Positions 32,100-43,098 of a DNA stretch of 64,000 nucleotides are shown here, in pieces (positions within the stretch are counted from its first letter, which is position 1; every line of letters begins with the position of its first letter). The DNA is from Porphyridium purpureum. Lineage: Eukaryota. The DNA is taken from contig VRMN01000003.1 in NCBI GenBank assembly GCA_008690995.1, forward strand, positions 1 through 64,000, given 5' to 3'. The position numbers and the translations under genes are program-made. A model generated the notes under the pieces. The model was given only the letters and a program-made list of their open reading frames with translations. It was not told the origin of the DNA and did no database searches.

Positions 32100-34649
32100 A
32101 TCTGCGTCAAGCTTCTCTCTGAGAAATATGTGAGTGGGTAGGATCTGCTTCCTCTCAGCCTCTGACAGGCTCTGCACACTCACGGGAGTGATAACCCCAA
32201 AGCCATACTTACTATCCAGTTGCGCAACCTCCTTGACGACCGCACGGACCGCTTTCAAGCCATGCTTTCGGAAAGCCGACATCAGACTCATGTTTGCTGT
32301 AAGACCCTTCTTATTCGCAGACAGCACAAAGGCTCGTCCTTTTTTGGCGTCCGCTTTGTGAGACTCTTCGTCATCCGCCCAGTCCTCACTGCTCTGCTTC
32401 CGCTTTCCGGTTTTGCTCCGATCATTCTTCTCTGTCCTTTTCTGTATTTCCACTATTTCCTTTTCACGCTGATCAATTTCGTCAATCCTGCGTTGCAGCT
32501 TGGCCACTTTCTCGGCGATGTCTTCTGCTCTCACAGAGCCGTTGGCTCGCGCCCTCTTTCCCGCCAGCTTCACCATGTGCTCGTCGATGTATGTCGCTGT
32601 GCTTGTTCTTGTCAGCGGATCAACAATGACCTCTGGCTCGCAACCGTTCCGACCACCTGACGTGCTCATGTCTGAAAGCCGCTGGTCGTTCAAAGCGCTC
32701 GGTGCAAGCGTGCTGCCTTGGTATTCTTGCCGAATCGCTGGACTTGCTTCGGGTGCTGTGGCGCGAGGCACAATCTGTGAGGCAGATGGAATAAAATGTT
32801 GCTGTCCAGGTCCTTGCGTGCTCGTCGGCGAGCGCGTCTTTGCGGTACCCAGCGGCGCTTGCATTCTAACAGTGAGCTGCGATCGCAGAGCTCTAACGTC
32901 TTGTTGCGGACTACTATAACTCTCCGCGGGGCTTTGTTCGGTTGGAATGCGCGTCTCAGTTCCGAGTGCCTCCTGCGCTGCATTACTGGCTACCTCTGCT
33001 GTGCACAGCTCTTCCAGGACTGGATCGCCTTGTGCTTGGCGCGCGTTCTCTTCTGCCGTTTCCACCGAGGCGTCGCCGTCCTCATCCGCTTCCACCACAA
33101 CAAGGTCGACATCTTCCTGTGCCGCTGCGTTCAGCTCCGGCCGATCTTGCTCATCGATTAGCAAGCCCTCCACGTCCTCTTCTTCGTCGTCATGCGGCTG
33201 GTCCTCAATATCTATGACGACACCACTCGCACTCTGTTGCTCAGCAATTTCGTTCATCCTGGATATAACGAAGTCTGGATGCGGTAACTGGTTCCACTTC
33301 TGTCGCGTGATGATGTTCTTTGTATTGAGGTTGTAGAACAGCCATGATCCGGCCAGGTTTAAGGTCGGACGCAGCGCGATGCATCCTGTCGTTCGTTCGG
33401 CCATTGTGCTGTCGACGCTCTTGCTGTGCGACTGGCAATAGTCTCCAAATCCGAGTGCTAGCTCCTTCTTCGCGTCAACCAGGCGCCCTGTCAGATCCTC
33501 ATATGGCGATCGCCCATCGTACTCTGGCGCAACGGAGCTTTTCATCATGTTTATGCGCTGCACTACATACTCAGCCAGGAACCCGGTTAGGCTCTTCGGC
33601 ATTCGGAATGGTAAGCCGCTCAGGACGCACCGCATTCGCTCTTTCACCATTCTGATGGCCCTTTCTGCGGGCTGGACAGCCTCGCCTGCGGCCAGTATGT
33701 CTGGGATCACACCATTGCTTTTCATCCAGTCAACTGCGGCCACAATTCCGCTCTCTGGGTCGCTGCGGATCTCGACAACTTTTGCACCGAAGCTTTTCAA
33801 GCTAGCGAACTGCTTATGCAACGCCTCTTGCAGATGATGAGCGCTCTTGCTCGTGACACGATCCAGCAATATATATTGCATGGGCTTACACACGCTCACA
33901 ACGAACACATAGCCGTCTACAAACATTAAGTCTGTGCGCAGTGATATTTCGCGACTCATCCGTGCTTGACAGGACTCCTGCTCGATCGGGCTTTTGTGGC
34001 CGGTGGCTCGTCCTTTTAGAACCGGTACCGCGGGGCCCCAGATTGTCTCCGCGCGATCTACGTCACGCGCGCTCACCTCGCAATTCATTATGCCGCCATT
34101 TCTCAGTGCGTCTCTCAAGTTTTTGAGTGACGGATATGCCATCCTGCGCGCCAAATCGCGCGCCGCTTTTGCGCTTGCCACCTGTCTCGGCGAAAAATCA
34201 TTTTCTCGTTCCGCAGCTGTTCCTTCGAGCAGCAGTGTTTTGCCTATGGTGATTGGGAGTGTGGTAGTGTAGATGTGGTCTGCGCGCGGACGGAACGTAA
34301 AGATGCTTTTATCGTAATAGAGTCTAAATGTATTAGACCTATCATGAAAGAGCACTTTATGCCCGTCAGCACGCAACCGTCCCAGGCTGAGTACGTTTCC
34401 GCAGACCTTGCGCGAAAGGTAGACAGTGCCAAACTCACTGTCCCCAATACATGCGATGCGCACTGGCTTTGCCGAATTGATGCCGTTCAACAATAGCGTT
34501 TTCGCTGCGCGCCTCGTGTTTTTCACGAGGTCACGGTCGCGAAAGACGTGGTCGCTGGAGCAACTGTCAATCCCGATTTCTCCTACTGCAAACGTCTCAC
34601 CTGTGCAGACAGTCGCGCGGTGCTGCTTTGGCAGCAACGCGCCGCGCCG
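32100..34649 (-). pseudogene. pol: Copia pol fragment: protease, integrase, linker and start of RT
   Basis: IDSCSSDHV, RTDLMFV, IRSDPE, AERAIR, SPYE, FGDY, FLREK. Confidence 0.9.
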
Positions 34650-34898
34650 TCAAATGTCGCTCCCCGACTCACTTCCACCTGTCGCCTCATCGTCGTCTAC
34701 GGCCACCATCGTAGTGCTGCGCTCTTTCTTCTTTGCCCTCAGGGCTTTCTTCATCTCTTCAACTTCCTGGCGAAGAGTGACCACCACGTTTGGTTCAGTG
34801 CAGTCCGATTTGAAGTGGCCCATCCTCTGGCAATTGTAGCAGCGCACCCGGCTCACATCCACCTTGCGCTTCACGGGTTTGCTGCCGGAATGAGGTTC
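34650..34898 (-). pseudogene. gag: Copia gag 3' fragment with zinc knuckle and terminal TGA
   Basis: CYNCQRMGHFKSDC; joins in frame to 42152-43085 after removing the 4-bp TSD. Confidence 0.9.
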
Positions 34899-35089
34899 TG
34901 TCACGAACCGTGCTGGCCCAGGACACCGCGGCACACCCAACAGCAAGCCAAGCGGCACACGCACGCACACAAGCTGGACAATCCACGCAACCAAGAGGAA
35001 ACACAAGACACCCGCAGTCAACTGGACCTGCGGCAGGCAGGAAACCCGGAACCAACGACGCTCACGCACGCTGCTCACACGCGAACAGC

Positions 35090-35215
35090 CAAGAGCACCC
35101 ACACACGGGACCGACAGAACCAACCAAGAGCAGACACACGGGAAAGACACAGCCAACCAAGAGCACACGCACGGAGCAGGCACAGCCAACCAAAAGCACA
35201 CACACGGAAGACGCG
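35090..35215. repeat. About four degenerate 33-35-bp tandem units in the chromovirus LTR (also at +6193)
   Basis: Units start CAAGAGCA/CAAAAGCA at 35090, 35125, 35158 and 35191. Confidence 0.8.
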
Positions 35216-35486
35216 CGTAACGGGGGAACCAGGCGTCCGCTGCCCAACCGGGATCCCGTTCGGCCACACCTTACGGTGATCCGGGACCCGGGGAGGCGTT
35301 GTGGGCAGCCGGGGTTAGCCGGAGGAGGTTGCCTCACCTTTCGGCTTCAAACGGCCTATCACTCCTTTATCCGCCCCCGCCCACGTACCACCCCCGGATC
35401 CGCTTCCGCACAAGGACCGTCTAACGACGCCTTACCCCAGGGCATCCGCGAACCTTCCCCGTTAAACCCCCCGCTCGCTCGCTCGC

Positions 35487-35552
35487 GCTGTACTCCCGCC
35501 GTACCCCCGCCGTACCCCCGCTGTACTCCCGCTGTACCCCCCCTGTACCCCC
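35487..35552. repeat. Six 11-bp tandem units (GCYGTACYCCC) in the chromovirus LTR (also at +6193)
   Basis: Read directly from the sequence. Confidence 0.85.
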
Positions 35553-36197
35553 CCTCCCTCAACAGGTACCCAAGGCCCGAACACGCTTCCTTGAATACAC
35601 CTGTTTTTACTTAGATCCCCCTTAACCCTTCTGTCTCCCGACCCCCCTCTCCCCCCCCCTTGGTTGCCGACCCGCGCGTCCTTTTTATACCCATCGCGAC
35701 CACTGTACCCCCGAGGTACAGTGCCTTGCTGTCGCTGAGTCTAGAACCTTCCAGAAGGTTCCAGCCACCTCCTGGCTGTACACCCATTCCATACTGGGTG
35801 GTCATCGCGCGTCTGGTCCCTAAGGGAAGGGGCCTTCAGGCCTACCACGCGCCCCCTTGTACACCTACAGTACAGTGGGTCCGGCGCGACCAGGTATCCG
35901 GCCACGGACTATGGCTATTTTTAATCATTTCCTTAACACACGGGCTACTCCCGTGACATCCCACCCTCTCCGCTTCCCAATGTCAGGTATCACATGGTCC
36001 GAAGCTTCCGGAGAGTCACTTCATACTTACAGCACATGCCAATGCTTGACGCGTCCGGCATCCACGTCTCAAGCTCGATGTCGCCCGTGCACTGGCCATC
36101 GGCTTCGTGTGCCCGTCTTGGCATCGTAAGTACTCGAAGAGGACGTCCGTCCACGTGGCCCTCCACCCGGCCGGTGTGTCCGAGGTTCCGCCACTGG

Positions 36198-39100
36198 TCA
36201 CGCGTCACGGTAGGCAGCCACCATCATTGGTGGCAATGCGAGCTCAGGTTCCCACGTATCCCCACGTTTACCGAGTCCTCGCCATCTAACTCTGTACTCT
36301 CGGCATCCGCCCACAACCCGATCCCCGGCTATAGCCTCTATAGCCCAGCTGCCGTCTTCTCCTTGCAAGACTTGGGATCCACTTGCCTCAATGAGGTCCT
36401 TGTGGGCCCGAGCAAGCCGGTTCACGTGGACCAGCTTCCCGTCAGGATGGCCTTCACTGCACAGTACTGCGTGAACCCCGACCATTCTCAGGATGGATAG
36501 TGGTCCTACCCACGGCTTTTTCAGCTTGCGCCCTTCTCCTGAAGGCGGCGCCCAAACGTACACCACGTCGCCCGGCTTGAAGTCATGTTCCCTGACTCGG
36601 CGATCATAGTTCTTCGTGTACCGATCCTGTGCGATCTTCGCATTCTTATTGGCAATGGCGTGACATGCAGCAAGCTTCTTCGCGAGGTCATCTGCTTGTT
36701 CAACAGCTCTGGGTCCCGCCATACTTGCCCAGTCCCGCGCCGGCTCACCATACAACAGTTCAAACGGAGACATCTTCGTGGATGCATGCCGGGCTGTATT
36801 ATACGCATACACCATTACCGGCAACCAGCGATCCCAGTCTTTTCCGTTCGCACACACGTATGCCGACAACATTTGACACACTGTCTGGTTAAAGCGCTCC
36901 ACAACCCCGTTCGTCTGCGGATGGTATGCTGTCGTAAGCATACGTCCTACACCCAGATTTTCACACATTTTTGAAAGGATGTCGGCTACAAAGCCCGGTC
37001 CCCGGTCGGACAGCAGAGACTCTGGCGGTCCAAAATCGCACCCCCAACCGTCTAGGAAAACACGTGCCAGTGTAGCCGCAGTCTCATCCTTGACTGCATG
37101 GGCACGAACCCACTTTGTGAAGGCGTCCACCATGATTACCACTTTGCTGTGCCCGCGAGTTGTTGTCGGTGTGATACTCAGAACATCTATCGAGACAATC
37201 TCGAAACGTCTCACTGCGCGATAGACTTGCATGCGAGCCCTTCTCGGGGGCGCCTTTGTTTTCCTTGAAAAGCACTCATGGCAACAAAGAACAAACTGAC
37301 GAACATCTTCCGTCCAACCGGTCCACCAGTATCGTGCATCCGAGACCCGCTTTGCAGTCTTTTCTATTCCAAGGTGCCCTGAAAGTGGCGTGCTGTGATA
37401 CACATGCAGAACGCGCTGCACCAGAGCGTTTGGTATCACGACCCTGGACTCATCGCGAAGCATAGCCCAGATGACTCCATCCTCATCAACGGTGTACTCC
37501 GGGTACGTGTATTCGGGCTTGTCTGCTTTCAGATTCTTCAACTGTTCCTGAATGTCCGTGTCGTCTGCGTATGCAGCCACGATCTCTTCCATCGAAGGTG
37601 GTGTGTACGCATCGTTCGCTTCTGTATGCTCGCCAGTATGAAGCAGCAGCTCTCGCACTCCGGCCGATGTGACAGGGACCATACCCCCATCGGCCCCCGA
37701 AGCTGGACCCTGAATCTCTTCCTGCAGCATTTCAGCCAACCGAACTACCTGCTTCACTTCCTCATCCTCAACAGCATTCAGTCCAATGAGCTCGATTTCG
37801 CTCGTGTTGTTGAGAGTCTCAGACTTATTGCTCTCGCTCGCCACCCGAGCCTCTTCCCCATTCATACGTACAGCTGGACGCGAAAGCGCATCTGCCACTG
37901 TATTCGCCTTGCCCGGATGATGCTGAACCTGGAAGTCGAAGTCCTGTACCTTGAGAATCCATCGCGCAATCCGACCTTGAGGCTCCTTTTGCCTCATGAG
38001 CCAGCTCAATGCGCTGTGGTCAGTCATGAGCACGAATCGTTTGCCGTACAAGTAATGCCTGAAGTGCTCCATGGCTGCAATGGCGGCCAAGCACTCCTTC
38101 TCCGTCACGGTATAGTTCTGCTCGGCCGGTCTCAGAAGCCTCGAGTAAAATGCCACTGGACGATCGCCAGTACCCTCCCTCTGCGTCAACATTGCTCCCA
38201 AGCCAGTGCTAGAAGCGTCTGTCCACAGCGCATGCTCTGCTTCTGGGTCGTATGCAGCCAAAACCTTTCGATCTCCAGTTTCTGGATCACTGAGTGCTTC
38301 CCGAAGCGATAGAAACGCCTGACTCTGAGGCTCACCAAATCGTGCCTGCCAATCCGCCGAGTTCATAGGGTATTTCTTCCACTTGCTTCCTTTGGCGTTG
38401 ATTTGAAGCCCCTTCATAGCATCCCTAAGAGGTCTGCAGACTTCCTCAAATCCCTCGATAAAATTGCGGAACCACCCCACGAGCCCAATGAACTGCTGCA
38501 GTTCCTTTGCATTCCTCGGCTCCTGCCATGCTCGCACAGCCTCCGTCTTCCTCTGGCTCGGCCTTATACCGTCCAGGCCGATATCATGTCCAAGAAACTC
38601 GACCCTTAAAGCCCCAAATCTGCACTTCGACAATGAGAACACCAAGCCCGCAGCGCAGAATTGCTCCAGCACCCGCTGCAGCGCTTGCAAGTGCTCTTCA
38701 AACGTCTTTGTCCCGATTGCCAAATCATCAATGTAAACCAATGCATTCAGGTACCTGAGCGGGCCCAGGACCGTATTTGTCAATCGCTGGAAGGTACTTG
38801 GGCTATTACAGCAACCCTGAGGCAATCGGCAGTATTGAAACAGCCCGTCCGGAGTGATAATCGCTGTCAATGGTCGGCTCTCGGGGGCCAGAGGGACCTG
38901 GAAGAAGCCATCCTTCAGATCCAGGATACTCTTGAACTTCCACGATGCAAACCAGTCGATCATCTCTCCCACGTCCGGAATGGGATATCGATCTTTGACA
39001 GTCGCATCATTAAGCGTTCGGAAGTCTGTCGTCAGACGCCAGCCGCCATTCGGCTTCTTGACCATGACATTCTGGCTCGACACATCTGACAAACTCGGCT

Positions 39101-39977
39101 CCAGCACTCCTCGGGCGACCAGCCCTTGCACCATCTCGCGCTCAGCCTGCGTCACTGCAGGAGCCCTGCGACGTAACCTTGCCCTGGGGAGATCCTCCAA
39201 ACGCTCTGCCTTGATGCGGATCGTATGCTCGACGAGGTCTGTCTTACCCAGCTCCGGCCGGAAGAGAACCCAAAACTTCTTCAAGAGCCCTTTCATCTCC
39301 CTGCTTTGCGCTTCATCCAAATGCTCAAAGATCTTGGCTTCAATGGTAGTACAAACAGCCTCGTTGTGACCCGCATACTTTTCTTCGAGGGCCTGGATTC
39401 GCTTCTTCACTTCTGCTCCATCAGCAATATAGTGCACCGCCTCCAACTGCACCGTGGGTTTGGCTTCCTCATACATCGATCCCAGGATCCTGTGTCTTTC
39501 CAGGCATGTATGACACACGGCTTCCTGTGCACTGGAAATTTCTCGGTTGACAAAAGTAATCCATCCGCCCGAGCGTAGGCCCAGACCCTTTCCCGGGATC
39601 AAGTAACTGACATGCTTGGCAAGAAAACGCATTCCCAGTATGAGATCAGGTCCGAGGTTCCTCATAATCCGGACGCTTTCCTCCGACTGAATTCCCTCAC
39701 CAACCCAAATTATGGCAACGCTCTCCTCGGCCTCCCCCAACACCTCATTGGTTGGGCCCAATGCCTGTGTGTGGGTCTTTCTGCGAAGAAGCCCAAGACG
39801 GTCAGCCAAATCGTCGTTCATCCACGTGGATAAAGCCCCCGTATCAACCAGCGCAGTAGTCCGAACCTTCAGACCTCCCCATTCAGCCTGTACGTCTATC
39901 CACGGATACGAGCCCAGTGGGACTGCCTCCGACAATTCTTCAGATTCCGGGGGGCCTTCGCATCCCCCCGCTACTCG
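36198..39977 (-). CDS. pol: Chromovirus Pol (PR-RT-RH-IN-chromodomain), in the -1 frame relative to gag
   Basis: LVDTGA, YIDD, TDAS, HHCC, DDE core, WVGP; C-terminal WAIEAI...EYRVRWRG...DTWEPE chromodomain. Confidence 0.95.
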   Translation of the reverse strand, partial: RVAGGCEGPPESEELSEAVPLGSYPWIDVQAEWGGLKVRTTALVDTGALSTWMNDDLADRLGLLRRKTHTQALGPTNEVLGEAEESVAIIWVGEGIQSEESVRIMRNLGPDLILGMRFLAKHVSYLIPGKGLGLRSGGWITFVNREISSAQEAVCHTCLERHRILGSMYEEAKPTVQLEAVHYIADGAEVKKRIQALEEKYAGHNEAVCTTIEAKIFEHLDEAQSREMKGLLKKFWVLFRPELGKTDLVEHTIRIKAERLEDLPRARLRRRAPAVTQAEREMVQGLVARGVLEPSLSDVSSQNVMVKKPNGGWRLTTDFRTLNDATVKDRYPIPDVGEMIDWFASWKFKSILDLKDGFFQVPLAPESRPLTAIITPDGLFQYCRLPQGCCNSPSTFQRLTNTVLGPLRYLNALVYIDDLAIGTKTFEEHLQALQRVLEQFCAAGLVFSLSKCRFGALRVEFLGHDIGLDGIRPSQRKTEAVRAWQEPRNAKELQQFIGLVGWFRNFIEGFEEVCRPLRDAMKGLQINAKGSKWKKYPMNSADWQARFGEPQSQAFLSLREALSDPETGDRKVLAAYDPEAEHALWTDASSTGLGAMLTQREGTGDRPVAFYSRLLRPAEQNYTVTEKECLAAIAAMEHFRHYLYGKRFVLMTDHSALSWLMRQKEPQGRIARWILKVQDFDFQVQHHPGKANTVADALSRPAVRMNGEEARVASESNKSETLNNTSEIELIGLNAVEDEEVKQVVRLAEMLQEEIQGPASGADGGMVPVTSAGVRELLLHTGEHTEANDAYTPPSMEEIVAAYADDTDIQEQLKNLKADKPEYTYPEYTVDEDGVIWAMLRDESRVVIPNALVQRVLHVYHSTPLSGHLGIEKTAKRVSDARYWWTGWTEDVRQFVLCCHECFSRKTKAPPRRARMQVYRAVRRFEIVSIDVLSITPTTTRGHSKVVIMVDAFTKWVRAHAVKDETAATLARVFLDGWGCDFGPPESLLSDRGPGFVADILSKMCENLGVGRMLTTAYHPQTNGVVERFNQTVCQMLSAYVCANGKDWDRWLPVMVYAYNTARHASTKMSPFELLYGEPARDWASMAGPRAVEQADDLAKKLAACHAIANKNAKIAQDRYTKNYDRRVREHDFKPGDVVYVWAPPSGEGRKLKKPWVGPLSILRMVGVHAVLCSEGHPDGKLVHVNRLARAHKDLIEASGSQVLQGEDGSWAIEAIAGDRVVGGCREYRVRWRGLGKRGDTWEPELALPPMMVAAYRDA

Positions 39978-40912
39978 TTTTTTGTCTGGCGTTCTTCGGT
40001 CCTCTGCCTCTTATTTTTCTCCCACTTTGGGCACTCCATGCGAACGTGGCCCCGCTCCTGGCACTCCCAGCACTTGACCAGTCGCTTGCGAGGATTCAAC
40101 CCAGGGAGCCCAGCTTCATCAAAGTTACCCAAATGGTGCACGCGCTCGGGCTTCCTCACTGCCCTTACACCGTACTGCGAGCCAAGCGCACCAAAGGTTC
40201 CATACTGACCAGCCTCCTCCAACAGAGCAGTCTTCATCAAGGTCCAGTTTCCCTGTATGCCATACGTCCTGGCCTGACGACGCAGCTCGGAGTTTTTCGG
40301 AAGCGCCAACGTAAGTGCCTCAATCTTGCGAGTGTCAGATTCTCCCAGAGCCGTGCAGCGATCCTCCAGAACCTCCACGAATTTCTTCAGGTCCTGGCCA
40401 ATAACATACTCAACATCGTGATGCTCTGCACGAAGGGCGCGCTCGTGCTCCTTGTTGTAGAAGTAAGCAGCCACTGCCGCCCATGCCTCTTGTGCTGTTG
40501 CACCGTGCAACTCCGACAGGACCTCGTAGCATTTCCTCAGCCCCACCCCGCGGAAAACTGCATCAATCGAGGATACATGTTGGTCTGGATCCTCTCCCAT
40601 GTCACGCAGGCGATTGAACCAGACCATCTTGGCGGTCAGAAAAAGTGGATCACCGGCCTTCTCAATCTGCACGCCCGCGTCACAAATAGCCTGGCCCAGT
40701 TGAGAACGAATCTTGCCGCGCACAATGGCGGGGACACCCTCTTCCTTCTGCTGAACACTCACAACCCCATGACTTCCTATCTCGTCACCACGAGCCGTGG
40801 GCATTGTCGGCTCTGGTGCCAGCGCGCCAGCCTGTGCACGTTCCAGCTCGCTCGAGGACGCGTGCTCTCGCGCATCGTCTGAGCCCATCGTCGTCTTCCT
40901 GCCACGCACCAT
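39971..40912 (-). CDS. gag: Chromovirus Gag
   Basis: Lies between the 5' LTR and pol; zinc knuckle CWECQERGHVRMEC. Confidence 0.88.
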   Translation of the reverse strand: MVRGRKTTMGSDDAREHASSSELERAQAGALAPEPTMPTARGDEIGSHGVVSVQQKEEGVPAIVRGKIRSQLGQAICDAGVQIEKAGDPLFLTAKMVWFNRLRDMGEDPDQHVSSIDAVFRGVGLRKCYEVLSELHGATAQEAWAAVAAYFYNKEHERALRAEHHDVEYVIGQDLKKFVEVLEDRCTALGESDTRKIEALTLALPKNSELRRQARTYGIQGNWTLMKTALLEEAGQYGTFGALGSQYGVRAVRKPERVHHLGNFDEAGLPGLNPRKRLVKCWECQERGHVRMECPKWEKNKRQRTEERQTKNE

Positions 40913-41874
40913 TTCTGCGACTTCGTTCCTGCTCCGAATCCTCTCTCGCAATCCTTCACTCGGTGACCGTACGTATCAGAATGTGGACACAAGTTTGCCC
41001 AAGATCAAGACCGATCTCACGTCCACACCCCACCCTCTCTCGCACCAACGTCAGATGCCACGCAATCCTGGAAGATAATTTCCGGAAATTATGTCACGAA
41101 CCGTGCTGGCCCAGGACACCGCGGCACACCCAACAGCAAGCCAAGCGGCACACGCACGCACACAAGCTGGACAATCCACGCAACCAAGAGGAAACACAAG
41201 ACACCCGCAGTCAACTGGACCTGCGGCAGGCAGGAAACCCGGAACCAACGACGCTCACGCACGCTGCTCACACGCGAACAGCCAAGAGCACCCACACACG
41301 GGACCGACAGAACCAACCAAGAGCAGACACACGGGAAAGACACAGCCAACCAAGAGCACACGCACGGAGCAGGCACAGCCAACCAAAAGCACACACACGG
41401 AAGACGCGCGTAACGGGGGAACCAGGCGTCCGCTGCCCAACCGGGATCCCGTTCGGCCACACCTTACGGTGATCCGGGACCCGGGGAGGCGTTGTGGGCA
41501 GCCGGGGTTAGCCGGAGGAGGTTGCCTCACCTTTCGGCTTCAAACGGCCTATCACTCCTTTATCCGCCCCCGCCCACGTACCACCCCCGGATCCGCTTCC
41601 GCACAAGGACCGTCTAACGACGCCTTACCCCAGGGCATCCGCGAACCTTCCCCGTTAAACCCCCCGCTCGCTCGCTCGCGCTGTACTCCCGCCGTACCCC
41701 CGCCGTACCCCCGCTGTACTCCCGCTGTACCCCCCCTGTACCCCCCCTCCCTCAACAGGTACCCAAGGCCCGAACACGCTTCCTTGAATACACCTGTTTT
41801 TACTTAGATCCCCCTTAACCCTTCTGTCTCCCGACCCCCCTCTCCCCCCCCCTTGGTTGCCGACCCGCGCGTCC

Positions 41875-41954
41875 TTTTTATACCCATCGCGACCACTGTA
41901 CCCCCGAGGTACAGTGCCTTGCTGTCGCTGAGTCTAGAACCTTCCAGAAGGTTC
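41875..41954 (-). promoter_or_regulatory. Heat-shock element and TATA box in the chromovirus 5' LTR
   Basis: GAAccTTCcaGAAggTTC at 41937-41954 (four perfect alternating units); minus-strand TATAAAAA at 41875-41882. Confidence 0.75.
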
Positions 41955-42151
41955 CAGCCACCTCCTGGCTGTACACCCATTCCATACTGGGTGGTCATCG
42001 CGCGTCTGGTCCCTAAGGGAAGGGGCCTTCAGGCCTACCACGCGCCCCCTTGTACACCTACAGTACAGTGGGTCCGGCGCGACCAGGTATCCGGCCACGG
42101 ACTATGGCTATTTTTAATCATTTCCTTAACACACGGGCTACTCCCGTGACA

Positions 42152-43085
42152 GTTCATCCTCATCGTTGCTTTCGTCTTCTTCACGTCCTGCCACAAAAGT
42201 TGTACCGACCCGTGGGACCGCTCCAACTGGAACGACTTTATAGTTTGAAACTGCTCGCACAATCTCATTCACTGTGTCCAGTACCGCGCCCGTGTTTTGC
42301 AGGTGCACTATGGTGTTTCTGTGCGCTCCCGAAATCTCGAGCTTGCGCGCGAAGTCGGCAGCCAGCCTCTTCGCGTCTCCTGTGTGCTCGCCAACGGCAT
42401 CCATGGCTCGCACTGTCGCGTCGAACCTGGCTCGAAAATGCACGAGCGACTCACCCGGTTCCATTGCCAGCTTGTGGAACATTTCCGCCGCATACAGCTG
42501 ATTCTGAACAGCGCTGTCAGATCCGAGCGTCATGTGCACTGCAAGCACCTGCTTGGCGAGCTCCAGGGGATCGTTGGCAGAAGCTGCCAGCTCATCGAAT
42601 GAGCCCATGCGCTTCAGTGCGTCTACAGACGCTTCACTCAGCTGCCCCACGATCACGGCAAACACCTTCGGTTTGGCCTCTTCGAGCTCCCGGACTTTCT
42701 TATGGTAGCTCTGCATGACTATGCGCACGTTCTCGGCCTTGACGAGAGCTGCGACATCTTGAGGGAGGCCCGACAATTCTGCCGCTGCGAATGCCTCTGC
42801 AGATGGAGGATTTGCTGTTGGGTATTCCATTCCATGCTCGCTCAGATCGAAGATACGTCCAACTTCTCCAAAGTGGAGCCTGACGTAGTTCCCCAACTCT
42901 TTGAACCAAGCGACCACAGTGTAGGCGGGGGTGGATCCGCGCGCCGTGTACTTTAACAACGGCAGTTCCGCCATCGCCCCCTTCTCCCGAGCGGTGGTCA
43001 GGTGGTGCCCTTTTCCGCGGCCACGCGATCCTCCTCGCGCCGCCGCTCCCCTGGCTCCTCCCGCTGCACCGCCTCTCGTTGACAT
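42152..43085 (-). pseudogene. gag: Copia gag 5' fragment
   Basis: ATG 13 nt after the 5' LTR; RGG-rich N-terminus; capsid-like LAMEPGESLVHFRARF. Confidence 0.88.
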
Positions 43086-43098
43086 GATTATACGTTTA

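Larger units (their letters stand above)
34899..42151 (-). mobile_element. Chromodomain-bearing Ty3/Gypsy LTR retrotransposon, full length
   Basis: 1060-bp LTRs 34899-35958 and 41092-42151, identical by eye; 4-bp TSD GTTC; PPT 35959-35971. Confidence 0.97.

Noticed and set aside
35090..35215. CRISPR-like spaced repeats
   Set aside because: The units are degenerate tandem copies without unique spacers, inside a eukaryotic LTR; no cas genes.
34650..35614. ORFs running through chromovirus LTR sequence (e.g. 34650-35267, 34910-35614)
   Set aside because: Low-complexity translations or chimeras created by the insertion. Only 34650-34898 is real Copia gag.
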